IMG/VR virus record: IMGVR_UViG_3300018472_000401
Location: 26,563-90,562 of that record
DNA from: a virus
Taxonomy: Duplodnaviria; Caudoviricetes
DNA length: 64,000 bases
Direction: 5' to 3' (one strand)
Shown here: positions 9,018-16,443 of the stretch, piece after piece
Layout of the letters: every line of letters begins with the position of its first letter
Numbering within the stretch: position 1 is the stretch's first letter
Notes under the pieces: model-generated
Told to the model about the DNA's origin: nothing
What the model saw: the letters and a program-made list of their open reading frames with translations, nothing else
Databases searched by the model: none
Position numbers and translations under genes: made by a program

Positions 9018-9570
9018 TTATTGCACTCGTTTCCATAAGGAGGCTGGCAAATGACAGGTCGCCCGTGACCTCTTTCTTTTCGGGGCTGTAAAGCCCAAGC
9101 AACTTGCGCCTCTCCACCAAATTTTTGTGAATGACCTCCAAATAACGGGGGTCGCCATAGCAAATAACCTCCTCCTTTTGCTGTTCCATTTTCACGGTAA
9201 CAACACCGCCCTCGCCACTTTCGGCATCACCGCCCGGAATACCCTGCTGCTTGGCTTTCTTGCGCTCATAGTCGGTCTTGGATTTCTCCCAAGCCGCCCA
9301 AGCCTCCTTAATCACCTCGTCAATGCGTTCCAGTTCCAGTTGCACGGCAAGGTCGGTGTTGTCAATGCGTGTTTCCCTCCATTCAGCCAGCAAGCGGTTC
9401 ACGTCCTTGTGAACCGTTTGGAGGCTGTAGGCTTGCAGGTCTAAACGTGCCATTACTTCCTCCCTGATTTCCCGGTAGGAGTAGCCACGCTTATACAACT
9501 GCGCTATGATGTCAAGCCGCACGATTTGCGCCTGACGGTAATCTTTCATTTTCTTTCCCGGTGCGCCCAT
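9004..9570 (-). CDS. terS: Terminase small subunit
   Basis: N-terminal HTH, coiled coil, overlaps the terL start. Confidence 0.7.
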   Translation of the reverse strand: MGAPGKKMKDYRQAQIVRLDIIAQLYKRGYSYREIREEVMARLDLQAYSLQTVHKDVNRLLAEWRETRIDNTDLAVQLELERIDEVIKEAWAAWEKSKTDYERKKAKQQGIPGGDAESGEGGVVTVKMEQQKEEVICYGDPRYLEVIHKNLVERRKLLGLYSPEKKEVTGDLSFASLLMETSAINGEE

Positions 9571-9573
9571 TGA

Positions 9574-10827
9574 TTAGAATTTTGCTCCGTTGTACTTGTA
9601 AACGAGGTTGTCATTCTCGTCCTTGCCGATAGGTGCAAGTGCGCCCTCGAACAACTTGTAGGGCGACTGCCCTGCTTGTGGGTTGTTCCACAGCCAACGC
9701 ATATAGTCAGCCATTGTCATACCCTCGAACTTGGCACGTTTCTCCGATGAATTGCAGTTGTACCCGGTCGCCCTTATCCACTGGAACTGCGACACAAGCC
9801 CGTTGATGTCCTTGCAGACATCGTCCCAGCGCACGATGTGTTCGGGTGAGTTCTTGGCAATCTGCAGAGCCTCGCACCACTGCCCACGTGAGTAGTTCCA
9901 GTTGGCAGGAAGCCCACAGCAAGAGCCGTTACAGCACAACTCCTTGAAGTGCGCATCGGAAACGTAGAAACGCATACCCAGTTCCTCGCAAAGTTGCTTC
10001 ATGTTCCGCATAAAAGGCTCTTTGACTTTGCGGTTCAATCGGAGATACCCAGTGCTTACGCTGAACTTCTTGTAGAAGTCCATGAAGTCAAAGCCGCACA
10101 ACTCGTTGAAAGTCGGCATCCATTGTTTCAGGGTCGGGCTGCGCTGCTCCACGCACATAAATTCCGTACTCATGGCGGTTGCACCACGGTTGGAAGCCTC
10201 TCTAATCAAGTCGAGGTATGACGGGGTAGAAATGCCGATGATGAACGGACGTAGCCGGAGCGTTGCGCCCCCGGCATCTGCCTCCGCAATCTTGCGGATT
10301 GCTTCAAGCCTCTGCATAGGGGTTGGCACACCTCGCTCAATCACGTGCGCCTTGTGTTCGTCCAGCGTGATGATTGAGAACTTGAAGTTCCAGTTTTTCT
10401 GTCCCCGTATGAGTTCCATGTAACGCTCATCCTCCGTGAACCAGGTAGCCTTGGTTGAGAAGCAGAGAGGGTAGTCAATCTCCTTGAAGAAACGGAGAAG
10501 TTCAAGCGTGATGCCGTACTTGCGCTCGAAGCCGTCGAACTGGTCGGACAAGCCGCCCCACTGCATAACCTTACGCTGCTTGATGTACTCCTTGAACTGC
10601 CCTCCGTACTTGTCGGGGTCGGTGAACATACGCTTGATTTTGTCAACCGACACGTGCTTCACGTCTTTGTGCAGATAGTTTTCTTTCGCCCCACCAATCC
10701 CTCGCTGGAACTGGGAGAAACAATACATACAGCCAAATGAGCAATTCGAGTAGGTGTCGAATGTCATTGGCATAGAGCAATCGGCAATCTCGTTGCTCCA
10801 TCTTGGACTTTGGTAATAATCAGCCAT
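9574..10827 (-). CDS. Radical SAM enzyme, spore-photoproduct-lyase (SplB)-like
   Basis: CSFGCMYC (CxxxCxxC); GGLSDQFD..E...TLELL...P...STK as in the SPL-like family. Confidence 0.8.
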   Translation of the reverse strand: MADYYQSPRWSNEIADCSMPMTFDTYSNCSFGCMYCFSQFQRGIGGAKENYLHKDVKHVSVDKIKRMFTDPDKYGGQFKEYIKQRKVMQWGGLSDQFDGFERKYGITLELLRFFKEIDYPLCFSTKATWFTEDERYMELIRGQKNWNFKFSIITLDEHKAHVIERGVPTPMQRLEAIRKIAEADAGGATLRLRPFIIGISTPSYLDLIREASNRGATAMSTEFMCVEQRSPTLKQWMPTFNELCGFDFMDFYKKFSVSTGYLRLNRKVKEPFMRNMKQLCEELGMRFYVSDAHFKELCCNGSCCGLPANWNYSRGQWCEALQIAKNSPEHIVRWDDVCKDINGLVSQFQWIRATGYNCNSSEKRAKFEGMTMADYMRWLWNNPQAGQSPYKLFEGALAPIGKDENDNLVYKYNGAKF

Positions 10828-10829
10828 AA

Positions 10830-11402
10830 CTATTTGTTGATAAATTCTAATACTTGTGAAACTAATTCATTCAGAGGCGTTGTCGCTGTGTTCACCTGTA
10901 ACACCCTTACGCCTATCTCCTGCCACTTCTTTGCGGCTCTCATACAACGCAACTGCTTATCGAATACCTTTCTCACGCTTTGAGCTGTTCTCTTCCCATT
11001 CTTTCCGTTGCTCCTGTTCCCCAGTCGGTTGAAAATGGTAAGGTTGTCGGCATAAAGCGATATTACATACTGCTGTTCTGCCTTGAATAAAGCGTTCATG
11101 AGGTTCATCCCGAAAGTGTCTAAAAAACTACCCTCGCAGATGATTATATCACGATGCTTCAACCCCTCTTCTACGACTTCCGCAAGGCGTGAAGTACAGG
11201 AAGAGCCTTTATCGTTAGTTATTCGGTCAACACCTCCGTATCTCGTTTCTCCGTATCTTCCTGCAAAGCAGATGATGCCCTCCTTGCAGTATGAAACATC
11301 GTTAGTTATTCGGTCAACACCTCCGTATCTCGTTATGATAGCCCACGCCAAAGAGGATTTGCCGGAACAATTTGTACCCGTTATGAACACGCACTTTTTC
11401 AT
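10830..11402 (-). CDS. P-loop nucleotide-kinase-fold protein
   Basis: GTNCSGKS Walker A, IICEG Walker B, RxxxR lid; start MKKCVF at 11402 is ATGA-coupled to the upstream gene. Confidence 0.75.
   Translation of the reverse strand: MKKCVFITGTNCSGKSSLAWAIITRYGGVDRITNDVSYCKEGIICFAGRYGETRYGGVDRITNDKGSSCTSRLAEVVEEGLKHRDIIICEGSFLDTFGMNLMNALFKAEQQYVISLYADNLTIFNRLGNRSNGKNGKRTAQSVRKVFDKQLRCMRAAKKWQEIGVRVLQVNTATTPLNELVSQVLEFINK
11211..11334. repeat. Perfect 37-bp direct repeat inside the kinase gene
   Basis: ATCGTTAGTTATTCGGTCAACACCTCCGTATCTCGTT at 11211-11247 and 11298-11334; encodes TRYGGVDRITND twice. Confidence 0.95.
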
Positions 11403-12073
11403 AGCAAACTGACAATGAGGTTTTCCCACTCGCAGCCCTTGATGTCTTCCAACAGCCTTTCGGTGTAAAAGCCGTTCCAACGTGTCCCCTTGCGAATTTT
11501 CTCAACGGCACACAGGCTTGTTTCGAGGGCAAACACGTTGTCCCCAGTATCACGTTTGGCATCCTCTATGAACTGCGTTAATTTTCCCCGATTTTGCGTT
11601 CTCGCAACTATCTCAGCACCCCTTGTATAGTTTTCCTTTCGCTCGAATTTAAGTGCGAGGTCGTCAATTATTTGCTTTCCGCTGACCTTTGCCCACACTT
11701 CGAGAAAGAGGAAAGCAGCGTACCGCCCGAAGAAGTACCACGATGTAACGATGTTGTATTGCTCCGTTGTGGTCTGCGCCCGGTCAAGTTGCTCCAGCAT
11801 ACCGGGGTTCAAGTTCTGCATAATACGGTCAAAAGTGTCACCAATGCGGACATACCTGCGGTCGGTTCTAAACTTTAATTCGCCTTTCGGTGTATTGTGG
11901 TTGCGCAGGAGCATCAATGCGCTGGGGATATGGTACGTTGTAGCGTAGTAATATACAAGCCGGAAGCTGTTCCAGCGTGACAAATGGAAGTGTGCCGAAA
12001 GTGAGGCAATCATTTTCTCCTCAACTCCGGCATCGCCTCCCATGTGGTATTGTATGTACTCTGCGTAATCCAT
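11399..12073 (-). CDS. Amino acid:DNA transferase-like protein (aGPT-pyrophosphorylase clade 2)
   Basis: GD...; YATTYHIPSA; FRTDRRY; FGRYAAFLFLE; LETSLC..K; RWNGFY..R motifs recalled from this family; needs HMM confirmation. Confidence 0.7.
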   Translation of the reverse strand: MDYAEYIQYHMGGDAGVEEKMIASLSAHFHLSRWNSFRLVYYYATTYHIPSALMLLRNHNTPKGELKFRTDRRYVRIGDTFDRIMQNLNPGMLEQLDRAQTTTEQYNIVTSWYFFGRYAAFLFLEVWAKVSGKQIIDDLALKFERKENYTRGAEIVARTQNRGKLTQFIEDAKRDTGDNVFALETSLCAVEKIRKGTRWNGFYTERLLEDIKGCEWENLIVSLL

Positions 12074-12085
12074 AGGGCAAGTACG

Positions 12086-12880
12086 TTATTCTGCACCCTC
12101 TATTGAGGGGATAATCTCTTCAAGACGGTACACGACCTTGTCAATGGACGGCATACCGAGAAGTTGTGCCAACTCCGGCAGACGCTCTTTGGGGTACACG
12201 ATGATAACACGCTCCATAGCCGTTTCATCCGTTCCCTCAATCTTAGGCAGGGTGTCCGGGTTAATGTCAACGCCCTGCAATTCCGGGGGCAGCGCATCCT
12301 GAAAGGCATCCGCTGGGTTGTCCTCCTCGCTTGCATCAGGCATAGCCGGGGTAGGTTGTGCCGGGGACGGGGTTGCGCCCATAGGGGTAAAGGCGGTGGG
12401 GTTAGCGTTCCACACATCAAGTCCCCAGTCGCCAAGTTTGGCTTCATCCCACTTGTTGGCAAGGGCATCGAAGTCCCACTGACCGAAACTTGCGTTGTCC
12501 TTAATCATGAACTGCTTGCGCTCCGATGCGGATAACTCACTGGCGTTGATAACAAGGGCTGTCGGCTTCTCCAGCCATTTTTCCCAGTAATCGACAAGCA
12601 CCTTGCGCTCGCCATCTGACTTCTCCACAAAGTCGGCTATAGTCAAGAGCCTGTTGGAAATATCCCCTGCGCTCATCTTTGCGATTGCTCGCAATGCCTC
12701 CGTGCGCATATTACCGCCAAGGGCACACATCTTGTTGTCCACAACGATTGGGCGCAACTCCAGCATCTTTGGCAGCACAAGGATTGAGTTGATTAGCTTG
12801 CCGAATTTCTCTTTGGTGATGGTACGGGGGTTGTCCCCGTTGAGTTTCACTTGTGAGAGTTTTACCTGTTCTACTTTCAT
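12086..12880 (-). CDS. ParB N-terminal domain protein
   Basis: NPRTIT...LINSI...RPIVVD...LGGNMR and IKDN motifs; first gene of the packaging operon. Confidence 0.8.
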   Translation of the reverse strand: MKVEQVKLSQVKLNGDNPRTITKEKFGKLINSILVLPKMLELRPIVVDNKMCALGGNMRTEALRAIAKMSAGDISNRLLTIADFVEKSDGERKVLVDYWEKWLEKPTALVINASELSASERKQFMIKDNASFGQWDFDALANKWDEAKLGDWGLDVWNANPTAFTPMGATPSPAQPTPAMPDASEEDNPADAFQDALPPELQGVDINPDTLPKIEGTDETAMERVIIVYPKERLPELAQLLGMPSIDKVVYRLEEIIPSIEGAE

Positions 12881-12913
12881 TATTTATAAATCTTTTAGTT
12901 TACTCTTTTGGCG

Positions 12914-12945
12914 CAAAGTTACACAAATATGTTTGTATTATAAGC
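12914..12945 (-). promoter_or_regulatory. Promoter of the ParB-to-terminase operon with adjacent operator-like site
   Basis: TAACTTTG (12914-12921); GCTTA-TAATA-CAAAC on the minus strand at 12931-12945. Confidence 0.55.
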
Positions 12946-12963
12946 GTTTGAATGGAAAAACAT

Positions 12964-13518
12964 CTATTTTTTAGTTGATTTTCTCACAACTTTCACAGGT
13001 AAGCCGCTCCATTCCCATGCGATTAGAGCCGCATCACGCCCCTCTTGGTTCGTTCTGCCCATTATCCCGGTAAAGGCTGAAAGTTCCTCCTGCGTTATCT
13101 TTCCGTCCTTTCCCTGCCACAGATTTACACCCCCGACTTTCAGGGCAAGGGGCTTTATCAATTCGTAGGGTATCTGCCAGTGTTCGCACATTTCGGCTAT
13201 CTTTCTGCCAACCTCATGATTGCGCCCGGCTGCGTTCCCCTTTGCTGCTGCACTCTGTTTCGTGTCCTTGGGAAGCAGATGCCAGTGAGCCTTATTCAGC
13301 CATCCAGCTTCAATGATTACACGGACATTCTTTTGGGTTACTTCGGACTGCCTTTTGATATAACGCAGGAAGTCTAACAGGTCAGGAAAGGTGAGCGTGG
13401 AAATTTCCAGCTTACGTGTAGCCACTTCGAGGTAGGCGCACCCTGACTTTTCTACATCGGGGTCAATCCCGACCACACAATCAACCTTTATAGGCTTTTT
13501 TGATGGTATTCTAATCAT
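12964..13518 (-). CDS. RuvC-like Holliday junction resolvase
   Basis: VGIDPD, IIEAGW and RDAALIA acidic motifs. Confidence 0.7.
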   Translation of the reverse strand: MIRIPSKKPIKVDCVVGIDPDVEKSGCAYLEVATRKLEISTLTFPDLLDFLRYIKRQSEVTQKNVRVIIEAGWLNKAHWHLLPKDTKQSAAAKGNAAGRNHEVGRKIAEMCEHWQIPYELIKPLALKVGGVNLWQGKDGKITQEELSAFTGIMGRTNQEGRDAALIAWEWSGLPVKVVRKSTKK

Positions 13519-13612
13519 ATTTTGTTGATATTCAATTATTTATGCGTTATTATTGCACATTTGTGATTATTTTTTATGTTCGGACGGCAAGACAAGAGAG
13601 GGCATTTTTTCG

Positions 13613-13641
13613 CCCCCTCCCCCCTATAGTCCCCCCTCCCC
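13613..13641 (-). other. Intergenic G-tract cluster (potential G-quadruplex)
   Basis: GGGG-A-GGGGGG-ACTATA-GGGGGG-A-GGGGG on the transcribed strand. Confidence 0.6.
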
Positions 13642-13656
13642 ATTGCGAACGGGGTA

Positions 13657-14754
13657 TCAGAACACGGAAAATTCGATGCTGTCAATGCGGTTTTTTATCA
13701 CTTTCATTGCCGTTACGACATTCTGTTCCCGATAGTCAAATTTACCCTCAACCCCGGCAAAGGCGACCATGCCCGTGTGGAGGTGCTGGGTGAGCGGTGG
13801 TACGATGCTTGGAGCAAGGTTGCGGTCGTTCAGTTTCTCCGCAAGAAGTTTATCCATATCCCGGTTGTGCTGCTTCAACAGGTCGATAAACAGCGTGGAA
13901 ATAATAGCGTATGTCCGCTGCTCGTCAAAGCCGTACTGCGGCACTTTCCGCTTCAACTCCTGATTTACGGAGAAATAGAGTATTGTCAAGTCCCGGCTTA
14001 TCTCGTCCATGCACATTTCGGTCTGCTTGACTACGTTCTGCAGGTGGTTGTAGTCAAGTTCCCTGCGCAACTCCTCGTTGTACTTCTGATGCACCATTTT
14101 CAGTGTCCGGCTCAACTTCTTTAGCAGAGTGACCTTGTCACGGGCAGCACACGCCATAGCCTTGTCAGCGTACACCCAAGCAAGGTGAGTGATGATGAGC
14201 GGAACGAAAGAAACACGCATCTGTTCGTCCAGCGTGAGCCGTTCCATCATCTTGCGAGTTCTTTCCGAAACATCGTCCCGGAACTTCTTTTCCTGCAACT
14301 CTTTAATGTCGGGCATCTTCGGTTGCTGCCGGGGCTTCTCCGTCTTCGGCTGTGGCAATTCCCCGTCATAGTCCCAAAAGGACAATTTGCCTTTCACGCC
14401 CGTAATCGGTTCGGGAAACATGACCGGGTTAACCAGTACCCAGTTCCATACTCCTTTTTCTGCCCATAGTGATGGGTGGTTCTGAACACAATCGACAATC
14501 TCAACGCTGCCGATGATTGCGCCCTTTGGCAAGTCCTCGTTGCTTCCGTAGAGTTTATCCTTGTGTCCTGACACCTTATCCAACTGCTCCTTGTTTAGCG
14601 CACTCCAGCCCTCCTTCACCGGGGTCTTTGCAGCATGAATAAGCACACGTCCCCGGAAGTTGGTTTTCCATGTCCTGTTTTCTATGTTTTTCAGCCCGGA
14701 CACAATCAGGCTCGCCCACGGCTGTTTAATCGTTATTACTTTCATGCTTTTCAT
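13657..14754 (-). CDS. ASCH domain protein with a long helical C-terminal region
   Basis: ITIKQPWASLI...IENRTW...RG.VLIHA...GAIIGSVEIVD ASCH signature. Confidence 0.8.
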   Translation of the reverse strand: MKSMKVITIKQPWASLIVSGLKNIENRTWKTNFRGRVLIHAAKTPVKEGWSALNKEQLDKVSGHKDKLYGSNEDLPKGAIIGSVEIVDCVQNHPSLWAEKGVWNWVLVNPVMFPEPITGVKGKLSFWDYDGELPQPKTEKPRQQPKMPDIKELQEKKFRDDVSERTRKMMERLTLDEQMRVSFVPLIITHLAWVYADKAMACAARDKVTLLKKLSRTLKMVHQKYNEELRRELDYNHLQNVVKQTEMCMDEISRDLTILYFSVNQELKRKVPQYGFDEQRTYAIISTLFIDLLKQHNRDMDKLLAEKLNDRNLAPSIVPPLTQHLHTGMVAFAGVEGKFDYREQNVVTAMKVIKNRIDSIEFSVF

Positions 14755-14944
14755 ATTCTTCGATGTCATTGATTTTATCCTTAATCAGTTGATAGAAGTT
14801 ATCAGCTTCTTTTGCTTTATGCGAAATGTTCCACCTGAAATAATCAGCAGTCATATATTCGGGGTCTTCCGGCACATGTTCATAAGTAAAAACAGCCCAT
14901 TTGTCGGCAAATAGTATTCGCCATATAGCGCATAATTTTCTCAT
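14726..14944 (-). CDS. Hypothetical phage protein (72 aa)
   Basis: Overlap-coupled with neighbours. Confidence 0.55.
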   Translation of the reverse strand: MRKLCAIWRILFADKWAVFTYEHVPEDPEYMTADYFRWNISHKAKEADNFYQLIKDKINDIEEYEKHESNND

Positions 14945-15246
14945 TCCATACCTCCTTTCTTCAACTCCGCAATAAGAGCATTAGCACCGCTTACGCTCCA
15001 TTCTGCCAATGTTCCAATCTTTGCATCCACAAGCATATTATGCGGATTAGTAGCGAAGCCTCTCATAAGTTCTTTTGCAATCTCGTACCTGCGCTGCTCC
15101 CAGTCAATCTCTGTTTCAAATTCAAGAGCAAACATAGGAAACTTACGACCGTTCTCTGTTTCGTAGAATGCAAGGCGTACATTGAGGGGTTCACTGCAAG
15201 GTCTAACATCTACGACCTCGCCTGTATCTTTAACTCTTGCTTTCAT
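14941..15246 (-). CDS. Hypothetical phage protein
   Basis: MKARVKDTG...IDWEQRRYEIAKE...ANALIAELKK pattern seen in phage early genes. Confidence 0.7.
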   Translation of the reverse strand: MKARVKDTGEVVDVRPCSEPLNVRLAFYETENGRKFPMFALEFETEIDWEQRRYEIAKELMRGFATNPHNMLVDAKIGTLAEWSVSGANALIAELKKGGME

Positions 15247-15248
15247 AA

Positions 15249-15962
15249 TCACTTGTTTTTATGTTCAACACCATACCCAAACAGGGCAAAATCACCTCTT
15301 GCCGGGTCATTAGGGAATATCTCACGCATTGCGTTAGTAATCTCAACAGCCGTTTTCATGTCCGCTTGCTTCCGGCTCGTCAAGCCAAGTTCCAGTGCCA
15401 TTCTATGCACGTGCGTATCAAGCGGAATTATAAGGCTATCAGGGCTGACCTTTCGCCAAATGCCCATATCCACCGGGCTACCCGTCCGAACTATCCACCG
15501 CAGGAACATACAGAGCCGCTTGCAGGCAGAGCCCTTGTCGTAGTCGGGAATACCGTTGATGCCGTTGAAGTAGGCAGAGAGGGCTTGCACGGGCGTTTTA
15601 TCAGACCAAGCCACTACCATATCCTCCATACGCTCAAAATCCTCATACAGCCTGTATAGGCGGTCGCCCAGCCTGTATAAATCATCGTAGGACAGGAAAC
15701 GGTAAAACTTCCTGTGGTCGTTGTAGTAGAGGTTGTACTGCTTCGTCATTAGCCAGCAATAGGGGTCATCGCAAAAGTCCTTATCCAGCCAGTCAGCCGC
15801 CTTGATGATTGCCTTGCGGTTTCCAAAGGAGAGCCAAGAGGTAATGAAACCGCTGATTTCGGCTCGTTTCCCTATGTGCTTCCGGGGGAACTGCACGGGG
15901 TCATTGGCTATAAAGCCCTCGACCTCGTATTTGTCAGCCCATTCTATCAATTTGCGCTTCAT
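15249..15962 (-). CDS. TIGR02757-like protein (HhH-GPD-related)
   Basis: DPVQFP, ACKRLCMFLRW.VR, D.GIW, IPLDTHV, DP.RGDFALFG. Confidence 0.8.
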   Translation of the reverse strand: MKRKLIEWADKYEVEGFIANDPVQFPRKHIGKRAEISGFITSWLSFGNRKAIIKAADWLDKDFCDDPYCWLMTKQYNLYYNDHRKFYRFLSYDDLYRLGDRLYRLYEDFERMEDMVVAWSDKTPVQALSAYFNGINGIPDYDKGSACKRLCMFLRWIVRTGSPVDMGIWRKVSPDSLIIPLDTHVHRMALELGLTSRKQADMKTAVEITNAMREIFPNDPARGDFALFGYGVEHKNK

Positions 15963-15966
15963 AACT

Positions 15967-16248
15967 TTACCCTTTAACCCGTCCTAAAAATGCCAGCCTC
16001 AATACATCGTACTGCTGACCGACTACCGCAACTTCAATCATCGCCTCTTCATCGGCAACATCATTTACCCGTAAGAGGGGATATTCAGCCCCGTTGGAGG
16101 TTTTCAAAAACTCCTGCATTGCATCGTCCGTTATCTGCTCATCACTTTGGGTGAAATACTTATCGAGGCTCGCAATGATGTGTTTGTTCAAGTAGTCCTC
16201 ACTGTAAGCTGCTGCAATCTTCTGCTTGTTTCGGAGTGAGTATCTCAT
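15967..16248 (-). CDS. Hypothetical phage protein (93 aa)
   Basis: Operonic position. Confidence 0.65.
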   Translation of the reverse strand: MRYSLRNKQKIAAAYSEDYLNKHIIASLDKYFTQSDEQITDDAMQEFLKTSNGAEYPLLRVNDVADEEAMIEVAVVGQQYDVLRLAFLGRVKG

Positions 16249-16301
16249 TTTGTGCCTCCTTTCAGTAGTTCGGGGTTATCTCTGAATTTAATCTGTCTCA
16301 T
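16245..16301 (-). pseudogene. Internally deleted YopX-like remnant (18 aa)
   Basis: MRQIKFR fused to DNPELLK, the typical first and last motifs of YopX proteins. Confidence 0.55.
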
Positions 16302-16443
16302 CGTCAGCCTCCCTTCCTGTTTCGTGGTGAATTATATCGGAGAAGTCGCAAGCATCAGCCGGGACATTCCCGAATTTTCCTTTTACACACTCTTCGTAAT
16401 ACTTGCAGTCAGCGCAACTACGTTTTTCTTTTGAATTTTCCAT
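16288..16443 (-). CDS. Small Cys-rich protein (51 aa)
   Basis: Hand-translated MENSKEKRSCADCKYYEEC...C; TAATG-coupled to the methyltransferase. Confidence 0.55.
   Translation of the reverse strand: MENSKEKRSCADCKYYEECVKGKFGNVPADACDFSDIIHHETGREADDETD

Noticed and set aside
11211-11334. 37-bp repeat as a DGR TR/VR pair or mini-CRISPR
   Set aside because: Copies are identical, both inside one coding frame, with no adenine-specific differences
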